Positions 36,623 through 48,322 of a stretch of DNA of 64,000 bases are shown piece by piece. The notes under the pieces were generated by a model that was given only the letters and a program-made list of their open reading frames with translations, made no database searches and was not told the DNA's origin. Origin of the DNA: Felis catus (Eukaryota); NCBI RefSeq assembly GCF_018350175.1, contig NC_058373.1, forward strand, positions 103,852,001 to 103,916,000. The letters are read 5' to 3'. A program made the translations under genes and the position numbers. Position 1 is the stretch's first letter; every line of letters begins with the position of its first letter.

Positions 36623-37150
36623 TGTCCTAGTTATCTATTGTCATATAACAAACCATCCCCAAATTTAGTGGCTTAAAACAAATTTGATTATTATCTATCA
36701 TGGTTCTGTGGATCAGCTGGGTGTAGCTGGATGGTTCTAACTTAGGGGCTTTTATGTGGTTACAATCAAATGGTGGCTGGGAACTGGAGTCATCTGTAGG
36801 CTTCTTCACTCTTGTATCAGACATCTGGGCTGGGGGGTGGCTGGAACAGCTGGGGGCTGGACAAAGCTCTTCATGCTGCCTTTCCACTAGCTATCTTGGG
36901 CTTTTTCATGGCATGGCATTCTCGGGATGTGTCAGACTTCTTACTTCTGGCTCCCCTTGTAGTGAGCATTCCAAGAGGGCCTAGGCAAAAGGTGCGAGGC
37001 TTCTTCTGACGTAGCCTCTTAAACCCTCTATCAATTTTTGTCACATACTATTGGTCAAGCAGTTCGATAAGGTCAAGCCAGATTCAAGGAGAATTAGACT
37101 CCACTTGTCAAGAAGAGTAGCCAAAAAATGGTGACCTTAATCTCAACTCT
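36623..37150 (-). mobile_element. MaLR MLT1 (G/H-like) solo LTR
   Basis: TAGTTATCTATTG...AACAAACCATCCCCAAATTTAGTGGCTTAAAACAA...AGATTCAAGGAG...TAGACTCCAC. Confidence 0.85.
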
Positions 37151-37847
37151 GCAGCTTCCAAGCTCTGAGAAGTTAGGTCCATCCATCATATGCTTTTCCT
37201 GAGAATTAGTGTCCTCATCTGTGGACAAATTGCCAAAAAGTCTGTGAGTGATCTTAAAAATCCTTTCGCTTCAAAATTGTGAGTATGCTCTGTCTTCAAA
37301 GTATAGACAACATTTATAATAGGAGCTCCTCTTTAAATTTATCTAAATTTGTATTTCGTAGTTTTAGTGTCAAAACTTTTAGGATCTCTTTTGCTCATCC
37401 TGTGTAAATATAAAACTTGAGTTGGCCCAAAGATATCAGTACAAGATCCCAGTATGAATTATGAATTATTTATGAATTTTTCATACTTCTTGGTGCTAGC
37501 CAAGAAGTTTACAAAATGACAATGTTGAATAGAAGACATATTTCTGAAATGCAAAGGGCAATGTCCTCATTAAGGTGTTGATTTCAGATGCAAATGACAG
37601 TTCTCTAGACAATGGTAGCTAAGCGTTGGTGCCCGTTCCATAATCTGATGCTTATCGAAGGCTCTTACCTAGTTTTAGGTGAAGCAGGGACAATGACAGA
37701 TACAATCAAGGTTAGTGTCTGAGTCTGGTAGATGGTCAGAGCACATTGACCATCATTTTGTTTCAGGGTAGGATGAAAGTCTCTCAGATATGAATTCCTT
37801 CAGTAAGACTGACTCTTCAGTTTTCATGGACACAAAAATAACTATTT

Positions 37848-38023
37848 AAAAAAATTTTTTTTTGAGAGAGAGAGAGAGCACGTGAGAGTGGGGAAGGGGC
37901 AGAGAGAGAGGGAGAAGGAGAATTGACATGGGGCTCAATGTTGTGAACCGTGAGATCATGACCTGAGCTGAAAGCTGAAATCAAGAGCCTGACATTGAAC
38001 TGACTGAGCCACCCAGGTGCCCC
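37848..38023 (-). mobile_element. CanSINE (older, internally deleted)
   Basis: Head ends GCCACCCAGGTGCCCC directly before GAAAATAGCCCTTTT. Confidence 0.93.
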
Positions 38024-38038
38024 GAAAATAGCCCTTTT

Positions 38039-38421
38039 CTTTTCTTTTTTCTTCTTTTTAAAATTTAAATCCAAGCTAATTACCGTATCGTGTAATAATG
38101 GTTTCAGGAGTGGAATTTAGTGATTCATCACTTACATATAACACCCAGTGCTCATCCCAACAAGTGCCCTCCTTAATGCCCCTCACCCATTTAGCCCATC
38201 CCCCCACCCAACACCCCTCCAATCATATGATATTTGACTTTCTCTGACTGATTTATTTTGCTTTGCATAATACATTATAGCTCCATCCATGTTGTTGCAA
38301 ATGGCAAGGTTTCATTCTTTTTGATCACTGAGTAATATTCCATTGTATATATATGTCGCATCTTCCTTATCCATTCTTCATGGACAAATATCCATGGATG
38401 TTTGGGCTCTTTCCATAATTT
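38039..38421 (-). mobile_element. Carnivore L1 3' end, 5'-truncated with internal deletion
   Basis: ACACCCAGTGCTCATCCCAACAAGTGCCCTCCTTAATGCCC; TSD GAAAATAGCCCTTTT at 38024-38038 and 38422-38436. Confidence 0.93.
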
Positions 38422-38436
38422 GAAAATAGCCCTTTT

Positions 38437-38657
38437 ATTATTAGTTTTATTTATTGTTTTCCAATTATTTTTTTATTATTTTTTATTTTTTTATTTTTTC
38501 AATATATGAAGTTTATTGTCAAATTGGTTTCCATACAACACCCAGTGCTCATCCCAAAAGGTGCCCTCCTCAATACCCATCACCCACCCTCCCCTCCCTC
38601 CCACCCCCCATCAACCCTCAGTTTGTTCTCAGTTTTTAAGAGTCTCTTATGCTTTGG
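38437..38657 (-). mobile_element. Young felid L1 (L1_Fc-type) 3' end
   Basis: AAATTGGTTTCCATACAACACCCAGTGCTCATCCCAAAAGGTGCCCTCCTCAATACCCATC; TSD at 38422-38436 and 38658-38672. Confidence 0.94.
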
Positions 38658-38785
38658 GAAAATAGCCCTTTTAAATAGAGGTTTTCCTCAGGTTCCTAGG
38701 AAAGTCCTTTGTCAGTTCTATACCTGTTACACCTCAGAGTTAAATCGTATTGCTTGCACTGCCCAAATCTCAGATGTATTAATAT

Positions 38786-39036
38786 TTTATTTATTTTTTT
38801 TTTTTAATTTTTTTTTTTTAAATTTTTTTTTTTCAACGTTTATTTATTTTGGGGACAGAGAGAGACAGAGCATGAACGGGGGAGGGGCAGAGAGAGAGGG
38901 AGACACAGAATCGGAAACAGGCTCCAGGTTCTGAGCCATCAGCCCAGAGCCTGATGCAGGGCTTGAACTCCCGGTCCGCGAGATCGTGACCTGGCTGAAG
39001 TCGGACGCTTAACCGACTGTGCCACCCAGGCGCCCC
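38786..39036 (-). mobile_element. Felid CanSINE, youngest-type subfamily
   Basis: Same diagnostics as the 23648 copy; long T tail. Confidence 0.97.
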
Positions 39037-39039
39037 TTT

Positions 39040-39143
39040 ATTTTATTTTTTTTAATAATCTCTATACATAACTCTATGCATGAACTCACAACCCTGAGAT
39101 CAAGAGTCACATGCTCTTCCTACTTTAGCCAGCTAGGCACCCC
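39040..39143 (-). mobile_element. Short tRNA-Lys-like CanSINE monomer
   Basis: GAACTCACAACCCTGAGATCAAGAGTCACATGCTC...AGCCAGCTAGGCACCCC. Confidence 0.88.
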
Positions 39144-39312
39144 ATCAGATGTGTTATTATTTTAAAAATAAAAAATATATAAAACACAAAACAAGGAGTT
39201 CATAACCCTGCTAAAATACTTTAGTCTGATTAAGACTATTTTTTGATCTACTTCTTGTAAACCACTGTGATAAGTACCAAAATATCAAAAAAAAAAAGTA
39301 CCAGAAATTTTC

Positions 39313-39890
39313 TGTAGCAGACCCTAATTGCCTTTTCAGTAGCCATTCCCTTGTTCTTCCTCGCTTATAGAACCTCAATCTTGTTCCAGAATCTACCCCT
39401 ATTCCAAACTCTAGGGTAAATCCCAGTTAATGTAAATTAACCATGGTGATCCCATTGACAATCTTTGGTTTAGGATTGGGCCTGTGACCCAAATCTGACC
39501 AAGGAGACATGGAGGGATTCTGCTTGGGGCCTCCACAAGAAGTATTTTTCAAGTCAAAAGTATTTTGCTTGTGTGTAGCACACAAGAATGGACATTCCTC
39601 TTCATCCAGTGAATATTGTTGTGTCTGAATGTGATTCCCAGGCTATAGCTCCTGCAGCTCTCTTGTAACCATGAAAGTCCTGGCCTAAAGTCAGGCAGAC
39701 ATACTGAAGAAGATAGAGCAGAAAGATGAAAAGGATCTGGGTCCTTGATGATGTTATGCAGTTGATAATTTGAGCAGCTGCAGCACCGCCTACTTTTGAA
39801 TTTATTATCATGTGCCATAGTAATTTCCTCATTGTTTAGGCCAGTTTAATCAGAAGCCTCTATTTCGTGAAGGCTAAAATATCCTAATGT
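39313..39890 (+). mobile_element. MaLR MLT1 (J-like) solo LTR
   Basis: TGTAGCAGAC...CCATGGTGATCCCATT...GATAGAGCAGAAAGATGAAAAGGATCTGGGTCCTTGATGA...AAATATCCTAA. Confidence 0.85.
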
Positions 39891-40129
39891 ACCCACTTAA
39901 CCACACGCGGCTAGAAAATAGTGGCATACCTAATATCTCCACTTCACCTGTGCCTAGGGCTGGCCCTGATATCTCCTGAGACCTAAAGAAAGAAAATAAT
40001 GTAGTAACATAACTCAGCGGGATTGTGTCCAGGTTTTGAAGCATGGCTGTGGTCTGATACAACCCTATACCCTAAGAGGAGAAGGATATGGATGATCATA
40101 ATGATGGCTGACATTTTCTGTGTGTGCAG

Positions 40130-40340
40130 TCTACACCCCCAGACGCTGTTTTAAGTTCATTAAATGCATAAATCATTTCATCCTCCCCAAACCCTATCAG
40201 GCCAGTGTTACTTTTGCACAGGCAGAAAATGAAGCACAGAGAGGTTAAGTAATATGCCCCAGGATGCATATATAAATGTGGTGGAATCAGGCTCGCCATT
40301 TGAGAATTCACAGTCTCAATCTGTGTGCTTTTTAGTCTTT
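40130..40340 (-). mobile_element. MIR
   Basis: GAAAATGAAGCACAGAGAGGTTAAGTAATATGCCCAGG. Confidence 0.85.
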
Positions 40341-40411
40341 CTGTTCCCGAGGAAGGACTCCTCTCCATTGCTTCCAGCAGCCCCAGAGGAGGCAGCATGT
40401 TTTCCTTTTCT

Positions 40412-40520
40412 TTTTTAATTAATTATTTTAAAGTAATTCCTACACCTAACGTGGGGCTTAAACTCACAATCCTGAGATCAAGAGTTGCATGCTCTTCCAA
40501 CTGAGCTGGCCAAGCACCCC
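40412..40520 (-). mobile_element. Short tRNA-Lys-like CanSINE monomer
   Basis: CTACACCTAACGTGGGGCTTAAACTCACAATCCTGAGATCAAGAG. Confidence 0.9.
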
Positions 40521-41182
40521 GGGAAGGTCTTCTTTTCAAGGGAGCTTTGTGAATCACCATACCTGGTTCAAACCACCCAGTGTTGGGGGTCATTCATTCA
40601 ACTGGCGAACATTTATTTAACACAGACTATCTTCTGGGCCTTGAATGAAGGTGAAGAAAACCTAGTTTCTGCCCTCAAGCAGCCTAATCTAACGGGAGGG
40701 CAGATTCTTGATCAAATATTTATCAAACATCATACTCTGAGAAAATAACTCTGCTTTATCTGAGAAAATAACTGAGCTTAGCGTCTTGAGCATGTGTCAG
40801 GGAGTCTTAAAGATGTAACATGTATTACCTACCTGGTCATCACACAATCCCTATTTCCCCCGAGAGGGAACCAAGGAAGAGCTCTGCCCACCGTGCCACA
40901 GCTGGTCAGTGGCAGAGCTGGATTTGAACCCGGGCAACCTCGCTTGGGCTGGTAACTGCTCTGCTAACGGGGTGAGGTATATACAGGGAAGCACAGGGAG
41001 CCACTACTTCAGCTAGACAGGACAGAGGCAAAGGAAGGATCTGGAATACTTCATCGATGAGATGACTTTTCAGTTGGATCTTGAAGGGTAAATGTGAATT
41101 GAGGTACCATAAAGGGTAAACCAACAGAGAATTAAGAAGAAGGAAAAGGAGAAGGAGGAGTAGGAGAAGAAGAAGAAGAAGA

Positions 41183-41290
41183 GGGGCGCCTGGCTGGCTC
41201 AGTCAGTAGAGCAAGTGACTCTTGATCTCAGGCTGTAAGTTTTCGAGCCCCCTGCTGGGTGTAGAGATGACTTAAAAATAAAAATCTTTC
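41183..41290 (+). mobile_element. Short tRNA-Lys-like CanSINE monomer within L2 remnants
   Basis: GGGGCGCCTGGCTGGCTCAGTCAGTAGAGCA...TGGGTGTAGAGATGACTTAAAAATAAAATC. Confidence 0.92.
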
Positions 41291-41711
41291 AAAGAAGTAG
41301 AAGAATGAAAAGTAAGGAAGAAAGAGGGGGGGGCATTCCAGGCAGAAGAAATTGCAGGTGCACGTACAAGGGCTTCAGGGAATTATAGGGTGTTCACAGA
41401 ATGACATGTTCTTTGTGGCTCCTCCTGGTGTGGAGGATGGAGTGAGGGGAGATGCAGCTGGGAGCCCTTCTTGCACGTAAGGGATCGTTATTTGTTTTAT
41501 AGATAATAGGAGGCATACTGGAAATTTTAAAAGAGGAGAACAATAGGGACTTGTTTTATCATGATTTAAATGAAAAGGAAAGAGTCGAAGTCTTGGGCTT
41601 TCAAATGTCTGATATAGAAAGATGGGTGGGGAGAGGCCAGCGTGGGAGGCCAGCCCACGAGAACGGCCTGAAAGTAGGTAGACCTGCTCGGGGCCGTTGC
41701 TGTTAACATAA

Positions 41712-41885
41712 GGCCAAAGCCAGCCTTGGAGCCAGGAATGGTTTGCACACTTTTAAAGAGTTGTAAAACAAAACAAAACAAAACAAAACAAAACAAAACA
41801 GCAAAGAATATGCGACAGAGACTATCCGTGGCCTGAAAAGCCCACAACACTTACCATCCGGTCCCTTGCCGACACCTGCCCGGCT
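41712..41885. mobile_element. MER58-type hAT fragment containing (AAAAC)n
   Basis: AGAATATGCGACAGAGACTATCCGTGGCCTGAAAAGCCCACAACACTTACCATCCGGTCCCTT. Confidence 0.75.
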
Positions 41886-41971
41886 TGGAGTCGGTGGTGG
41901 CCTGCAAGTGGGGAAGGTGGGAGAAGGCAATGTGGAGGAGGAAAGTCATCCTTAAAATCCTTAGTGGATAA

Positions 41972-42187
41972 GGGGCGCCTGGGTGGCGCAGTCGGTTAAG
42001 CGTCTGACTTCAGCTCAGGTCACGATCTCGCAGTCCGTGAGTTCAAGCCTGGGCTCTGGGCTGATGGCTCAGAGCCTGGAGCCTGTTTCCGATTCTGTGT
42101 CTCCCCCTCTCTCTGCCCCTCCCCCGTTCATGCTCTTTCTCTGTCCCAAAAATAAATAAATGTTAAAAAAAAAAATTAAAAAAAAAA
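41972..42187 (+). mobile_element. Felid CanSINE, young-type with small deletion
   Basis: TGGGCTGATGG and TGTCCCAAAA diagnostics; TSD AAAATCCTTAG. Confidence 0.96.
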
Positions 42188-42749
42188 AATCCTTAGGAGA
42201 CAGAGCTGACGGAAATCCTGGCCAGAGGAGGTGGGGAATGTGAGAAGGAGCGATTTCAAGGATGAATCAAAGACTTCCGCCTCTTTAGAATATCATCATC
42301 CAACTCAGGAAATACAAGAGGGAGGATCAGGCAGAAAGATTCTTTGATTGGGACCAGGTGCTGGGAAGTATCCACAAGACATCGAGGTGGAGATGCTCAG
42401 GGGACATTATATTGAACAATGCTGATGTCTCTGCTTCTCTGCGATCTATGATATAAATTCCTCAAGGGCAAAGATAACACAACTGCTTAGTATAGATCCT
42501 GGCACGTAAGAGGCTATTAACCAAGCGTGTCGAGCTCACTAACCTGAATTAGGCGGTTGAATTTGGGAGGCTCAGTGTGAGATCTAGGTTAGAGGAAGAG
42601 ACTTCCGTCATTGGCTTTGGTGGTTCCTGAAGTATAGAAGTTGATGGCATATTTAATATACTCTTATCAGTGCAATATTAAGTTGCATCGTTACATGAAT
42701 CTTTCTGGCTGCTCTTCCTCTGGCAGAATGTATCACTCTATTTTTGGAG

Positions 42750-42955
42750 AGGCAGGAGAGCATAGCAGTTAGAAGCCAGAGCTTTTACCCCTGCAGCTTG
42801 GGTTTGAAAACCCGTCTCCTGCTTTCTAGGTGTAGCTTTGGGTGACTCACTCAACTTCCTTGTGTATTAGCTACTCCTCTGTTAAATTGGAGATGACAAT
42901 AATGCCCTTCACAGGGGTTGTTGTGAGACTTAATAATACATGAATGTATTAAAAA
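42750..42955 (+). mobile_element. MIR
   Basis: TTGGGTTTGAAAACCC...TTGGGTGACTCACTCAACTTC...AAATTGGAGATGACAATAATG...GGGTTGTTGTGAG. Confidence 0.85.
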
Positions 42956-42966
42956 GGACTAGATCT

Positions 42967-43180
42967 GGGGGTGCCTGGGTGACCCAGTTGGTTAAGTGTC
43001 CAACTCTTAATTTCGGCTCAGGTCATGGTATCACGGTTTGTGGGATCGAACCCCACGTGGGCTTCCACACCAACGGTACAGAGCCTGCTTGCGATTCTTT
43101 CCCTCTCTGTCTGCCCTTCCCCTTCTCGCTTTCTCTTTCTCTCTCCCTCTGTCAAAATAAATAAAAATAAACATTTAAAA
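42967..43180 (+). mobile_element. CanSINE
   Basis: First of a tandem pair; outer repeat CTAGATCTG flanks the pair. Confidence 0.95.
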
Positions 43181-43340
43181 GGGGCGTCTGGGTGGCTCAG
43201 TGGGTTAAGTGTCCAACCAGCTTAGGTTGTGATCCTGTGGTTCACAGGTTTGAGCCCCGCGACGAGCTACTGCTGTCAGCCCAGAGCCTGCTTGATATCC
43301 TCTGTTCCCCTCTCTCTCTGCCCCTCCTCCACTTGTGTTG

Positions 43341-43377
<37 letters not shown>

Positions 43378-43398
43378 AAAATAAACATTTTAAAAAAA
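43181..43398 (+). mobile_element. CanSINE in the tail of the previous one
   Basis: Head starts immediately after the A-tail. Confidence 0.95.
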
Positions 43399-43424
43399 TG
43401 AACAGTAAAGAAAGGGGCTAGATC

Positions 43425-43970
43425 TGTCCTTAACACAGCACCCAGAGTTATCCTTTTAAAAAGTACGCCAAATCATGGCAACCCACTAAGGAAAACCCTC
43501 CAGTGGCTCAGAGTGAAGGTCAGAGTCCTCACCATGGCTTCCTTTGCCTTACTCCCCTGAGTTTATCTTCTCCCTCTGCTCTCCTTGCTCCTGCCACACC
43601 AGCATCTTGCTGCCTTCTCATCCTCCCCAGGCACACTCCTGTCTTGGAGCCTCTTGCTCCCACTTTGCTTTTGCCTGGAGCCCTCTTCTCTAGGACATCA
43701 GCACGTCTTGCTCCCCTCACCTCCTCTAAATCTGCATTCTGACGTCTCCACCTTTTTCTGAACAGCAAACACCCTCACTCCTGGACCTCTCTTTCTCCCT
43801 TCTTTCTTTGTATTTCCTAGACCGACTCTCACATGCTAATATGCCAAATAACTTATATTCTGCCTCCTCCCACAAAAACGTAAGCTCCGTGAAGGCTGCA
43901 GGACTGCTGTATCTGTGAGTGAACGAATGATGCCTCCCCCATAGTAAGTGCCAGGCCAGGTTAGCTGTGG
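43425..43970 (+). mobile_element. L2 3' region
   Basis: ACACAGCACCCAGAGTTATCCTTTTAAAA...CCCTCCAGTGGCT...TGCCTGGAG...GTAAGCTCCGTGAAGG. Confidence 0.85.
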
Positions 43971-45620
43971 TTCTTCCCAAAACACCCGGGGCTGTGTGAC
44001 TCCACACACACACACACCCAGCAGATTGAGGGGACAGGGGTAAGAGCAGGCACAGATGTCTACTTCTCGACCCGCCTCCCTCCATAAACCCTGCACAAGA
44101 AAGCTTCCATTCCGTCCGTCTCGGACAGCCATCTTGTTAAATGCATACATTTGGGGGAAATACGCAAAACAGGCGAATGCTTTATGAGAGTGAAAAACCC
44201 ATTTATGGTCTTTTAGAACTAGTTTAACACCCCAAAGAAGAAAATTTGTGTATACACAGTAATGCTGTTCCTTTGATATTAAATTAGTATTAAAGTGGGA
44301 TGGAAACTCCTCTTATATTGGGCTCCTATGGAGATGGACAAAGTAATTTTAGGGAAAAAGCAGCTGCTCTCAGCAGTAGGCTCAGAAATGTCAATTTTAA
44401 TTAAAACATTTATTTTCAAATACATTTCACGGTTCATATGTAGTGATATGTGTCTACTTCATGCAAACGTTCAAACCGCTGGGCTGCGGAAATTGGAGAA
44501 AGGCATTTTGATAAAGAACATGAACGGTATGATCAAAACAAAGAAATGCAAAGAGAAGAAAAGCCACATTGGGCTTCGGTCCACACGTCAGATTGCTCCT
44601 CATGGACTTGCTCGCTGCTGGCCAAAGGCCTGTGGACCCCCTCAGAGAAATCTGGTGTCCGTGGGTCATCATGGGCACACGTGGGCCGTGCCCCCACTCC
44701 CAGGTGAGATCCATTTTGCGTACGGATACCTATTTACTTCAAGAACAGAGGCTCTCTCCCCGTGTTACAAGATCTTAGCCGAAGAGAACTACCAGAACCT
44801 CCAACTCCCAAATCAAAATTCACCCCAATTCCATCTTTCCCCAAGCACTGTTTTGGGTTTGAGTTATGAAAGCCGCAGAAAGGTGTCCAAAATTTTACAA
44901 TGACCTTCTGAGCTCCCGTCTCCTCTTGCTCTCTGCCCTGCCGAGAGCTCTATGCACCTGCCAAACTTCTGTTGACTTCCCAGGGAAACCGGCCATGGCT
45001 TCAGTGTGGCCAAAAACCATTGAAATAAAAACGCGGCAATTTAAATAAGCAGCAATTTAGGCGAAGGGTTTCTGAAAATTTCGCTCAAATTTCTCTAAAG
45101 ACATCTATGAATATACTCTTATTTAGCATTAGAATATTGAGATAATCACTGTGTGTGCTATGCTAGAAAAATCATTGCCACTGGGTTGAAATCAAAGGCG
45201 ATAAGCAATATTTATTAATGTGACAAGTGTCCTTTATCTTGTAATCTGGTGCATGCATTTCTGATTAAGGTGTATCCTAATATTTGAGAAAATTACAACA
45301 TATAAATACAGTTGCATCGATTGCTGCTCTCAATATGCTTTTAACCTCTTCAAAGGAGCCATTAACATCACAGTCAGAAACACATAGTGAAGTCCAGAGA
45401 ATGTATGCACGTACTTGCAGTTGGCTGGGTACTCCAGTGCCAAGCACGTTTACGAGTTATTGAATGCTCCAATGTGTAAGTTGTGAGAGTTTGACTTTGT
45501 ATTTAATGATGTCAATAGCATACTTCCAATTTTTTTTTAATTTCTGAGCTAATTTTAAACTGTTTTTGAGTTTTGCATTTTGATTTTAAAAGTGTACTCA
45601 ATTATAATCAATACTTTCTT

Positions 45621-45829
45621 TTAAAAAAATATTTCCTTTGAGAGAGAGAGAGAGAGCATGCGCGTGCACATGAGAGGGGTCAGGGCAGAGAGAGGAGAGA
45701 GAAAATCCCAAGCCGGCTCCACACTGAGCACCAAGCCCGACTCGGGGCTCGATCTCATGACTGTGAGATCATGACCAGACCCAATATCAAGAGCCAGACG
45801 CTTACCCGGCTGAGCCACCCAGGTGCCCC
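45621..45829 (-). mobile_element. CanSINE
   Basis: TSD TCAATACTTTCTT at 45608-45620 and 45833-45845. Confidence 0.96.
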
Positions 45830-45934
45830 TAGTCAATACTTTCTTGAACCCAAACATTTTGTTCCTTCCCAAGAACTATATATATAAGATTCTGATTAAG
45901 AGCTCTGATAAAGGAAAGGAGACCTCTGTTTTCT

Positions 45935-46152
45935 TTTTCTTTTTTGTTAATTTTTTTAATGTTTATTTATTTTTGAAGGGGAGAGGGGGGTGGGGGGAGG
46001 GGCAGAGAGAGAGGGAGACCCAGAATCCGAAACAGGCTCCTGGCTCCGAGCTGTCAGCACAAAGCCCTACGCGAGGCTCGAACTCATGAACCGCTAGATG
46101 ATGACTTGAGCCGAAGTCTGACGGTTAACTGACTGAGCCACCCAGACGCCCC
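45935..46152 (-). mobile_element. Felid CanSINE
   Basis: Near-TSD CCTCTGTTTTCTTT/CCTCTATTTTCTTT. Confidence 0.95.
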
Positions 46153-46339
46153 GAGGCCCTCTATTTTCTTTTGATTGCTAGTGGAAGGGCTATTTGGTCA
46201 CGGAGTTATTTGGTGACAGCAGACATATGTCCTGACATATCCTGGCTGAGTGAAGAGAATGGGGCATCAATGTCACAGAAGAGTACATGGATAAGGCTTA
46301 AGAAAATCACCTGTGGGTTACTTAACACCAACAAAAGAA

Positions 46340-46860
46340 AATAGGACGCTTCTTAAGTGTTGACCACGTCAAAGCAGGTGCTGTTCTAAGAGGTTTTGCC
46401 TGGCGGTTCATCTAATCCTACCAACACACTGTGAGAGACCATACTATTATGATTGTTCCCATTTTTCAGACGAGGCAAACTGTCACAGAAAGGTGAAGTC
46501 GCCCTACATCATATAACCAGTAAAAGACTTAAAAGTAGGCAGTTGGGCTCTATAGTCTGTGCTGTTTAAAAGCACACATTTAATTAAAAAAAAAAAAAAA
46601 AGAGGATGCAGGACTTTCCTAGGACTTTCCTTTCCATAGACCAGTGGTTGTTCATAGCGTAGTAGTTAAAAGTAAAGGGCTTTCAAACCAACTACTAGGT
46701 GCAAGTCATAGCTGCTTTAACTCCAGCTGCGTGACCTTGACTGAGGTACTTAGGCTCTCTGAGCCTCAGGTTTCTGCTTAGGAAGATGGAGATGATATGA
46801 GGATTAAATGAGTTGGTACACAGCAAGCACTCATGAAGGGTAGTTATTGTTGTTATTAGT
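46340..46860. mobile_element. Two MIRs in opposite orientation (about 46340-46560 minus, 46655-46860 plus)
   Basis: CCCATTTTTCAGACGAGGCAAACTG; GCGTGACCTTG...CTCTCTGAGCCTCAGGTTTC...GAGGATTAAATGAG. Confidence 0.8.
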
Positions 46861-47087
46861 TGTATTACTATCTACTTACAAACAGAATGGGTCAGGAGCA
46901 TCCTGGATTTACAAAGGCCAAGAAAACCTAACTCATTTGCATGGCATTTGTTTTTCAATAATGAAAAAATTGGAAGAAAGTTAAACAGTGTGTCTGCCCT
47001 CTTTTTAAAAGAGGAAACTAGATTTTTTTCAACTCTGATTTTGGTATAGATTTGGCATTCATTTTGATGTAACCTACTACTTAGTAT

Positions 47088-47298
47088 TTAAAAAAATCTT
47101 TTTAATGTTTATTCATTTTGGAGAGACAGAGTGGGAATGGGAGAGGGGCAGAGAGAGAGGGAGACACAGAATCCAAAGCAGGCTCCAGACTCTGAGCTGT
47201 CAGCACAGGGCCTGACACAGGGCTTGAACTCATGAACCGTGAGATCATGACCTGAGCCGAAGTCGGATGCTCAACTGACTGAGCCACCCAGGCTCCCC
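47088..47298 (-). mobile_element. Felid CanSINE
   Basis: Near-TSD ACCTACTACTT/ACCTACCACTT. Confidence 0.96.
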
Positions 47299-48137
47299 AC
47301 CTACCACTTCCTAATAACAGCCTTCAGATCACTGTTGCTTTGTTTTTCCCCACCCCCATTTTCCTGTTCTCTTCTTAACATCTTCTGAAATCCAGTCAGG
47401 ATGAGGCTCGACAAAACCAGATGTCACAAGAAAAACAAGAAAGAATCAGATTAATGATTCTTCAGCTCAGAGGGAGTAGCGATTTTATTAAGGGAAAACC
47501 GCAGAAGTCGTGGATATTGTCGGCAGCATTTGCCCTAGTAGAGCATCTAACACAAACCAGTGAGAAGCAAATGTGTGTGTGTCCCATGTTTATGCTGCTC
47601 ATGTAAGCACAGAAGAGACACGATCTTCAGAACCAAAGGATGTGGGGAAAAATGAACGGCTTTTTTTGTTGCAGTTAGGTGCCAGGTGGAATCCCTTATT
47701 ACCAATATAGTAGATACGATCATTCCATACAGCAGTCATACATAGTCTTTACAGCTCGCAGGAGGGGCGCTGTCTACTGTAAATAATTTTACCATGATGC
47801 AGCCATGGAGAAAGAGGCACCATTAGCGAGAGGGATTCAACCAGCCAGCCGCTGGCTTGTATTAAAAGAAGACCTGTAATGAATGATTGGGAAGAAGTTG
47901 AAAACCGTAGGCTTCTTTGCTTGCAACTTGTATTTTTTGTTAGTGAGGATCATTTTTGCTTTCTAAAGCATTTGATTGATTTAAAGTAACTCTTCTCATT
48001 AAGTAATCTTTAAATTAACCTTCAACCATGTATCAGCAGCTGTACGATGAAAGCAAATGCATTATGTATTACTGTTTTGGATATAAGTTCTGAAAAAGCC
48101 AACTATCATTCTCAACATCAAAGAATGGCCCTTATCA

Positions 48138-48322
48138 AGGGCTTGGCTGAGAGGATAAAGCACTGGCTAGTTACCTTATGACCTTGGTTCCAATCCAATT
48201 TGTATCGCCAGTCATAGGAGTTCTATGATCTCAGCTCCACACAGGTAGATGGTAGTCCATATCACCAAAACACAGGTTGGCAAAATTGGAATTTTCCTGC
48301 TTAGGAGAGACCTAACGCTGAA
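48138..48322 (+). mobile_element. Ancient tRNA-derived SINE relic (MamSINE1/LF-SINE-like)
   Basis: A box TGGCTGAGAGG 48144-48154 and B box GGTTCCAATCC 48186-48196, then GTCCATATCACCAAAA 48255-48270 and TTGGCAAAATTGG 48277-48289, collinear with the recalled LF-SINE/MamSINE1 body. Confidence 0.7.

Noticed and set aside
42644..42689. Imperfect hairpin containing CAGTGCAATATTAAG, similar to the miR-130 family
   Set aside because: The seed-like part lies at the loop, the stem is short and AU-rich, and the 5' arm does not resemble miR-130 star sequences.
44295..44903. Longest ORF (202 aa) and overlapping 85-aa ORF ending at a CAG|GTGAG donor-like site
   Set aside because: Non-ATG starts, no recognisable domain and no supported acceptor or partner exon. 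A BLASTX/PhyloCSF hit would reverse this.
46610..46631. Tandem NF-kB-like sites (AGGACTTTCCT twice)
   Set aside because: An 11-bp slippage duplication between two MIRs that lacks the canonical GGG start.
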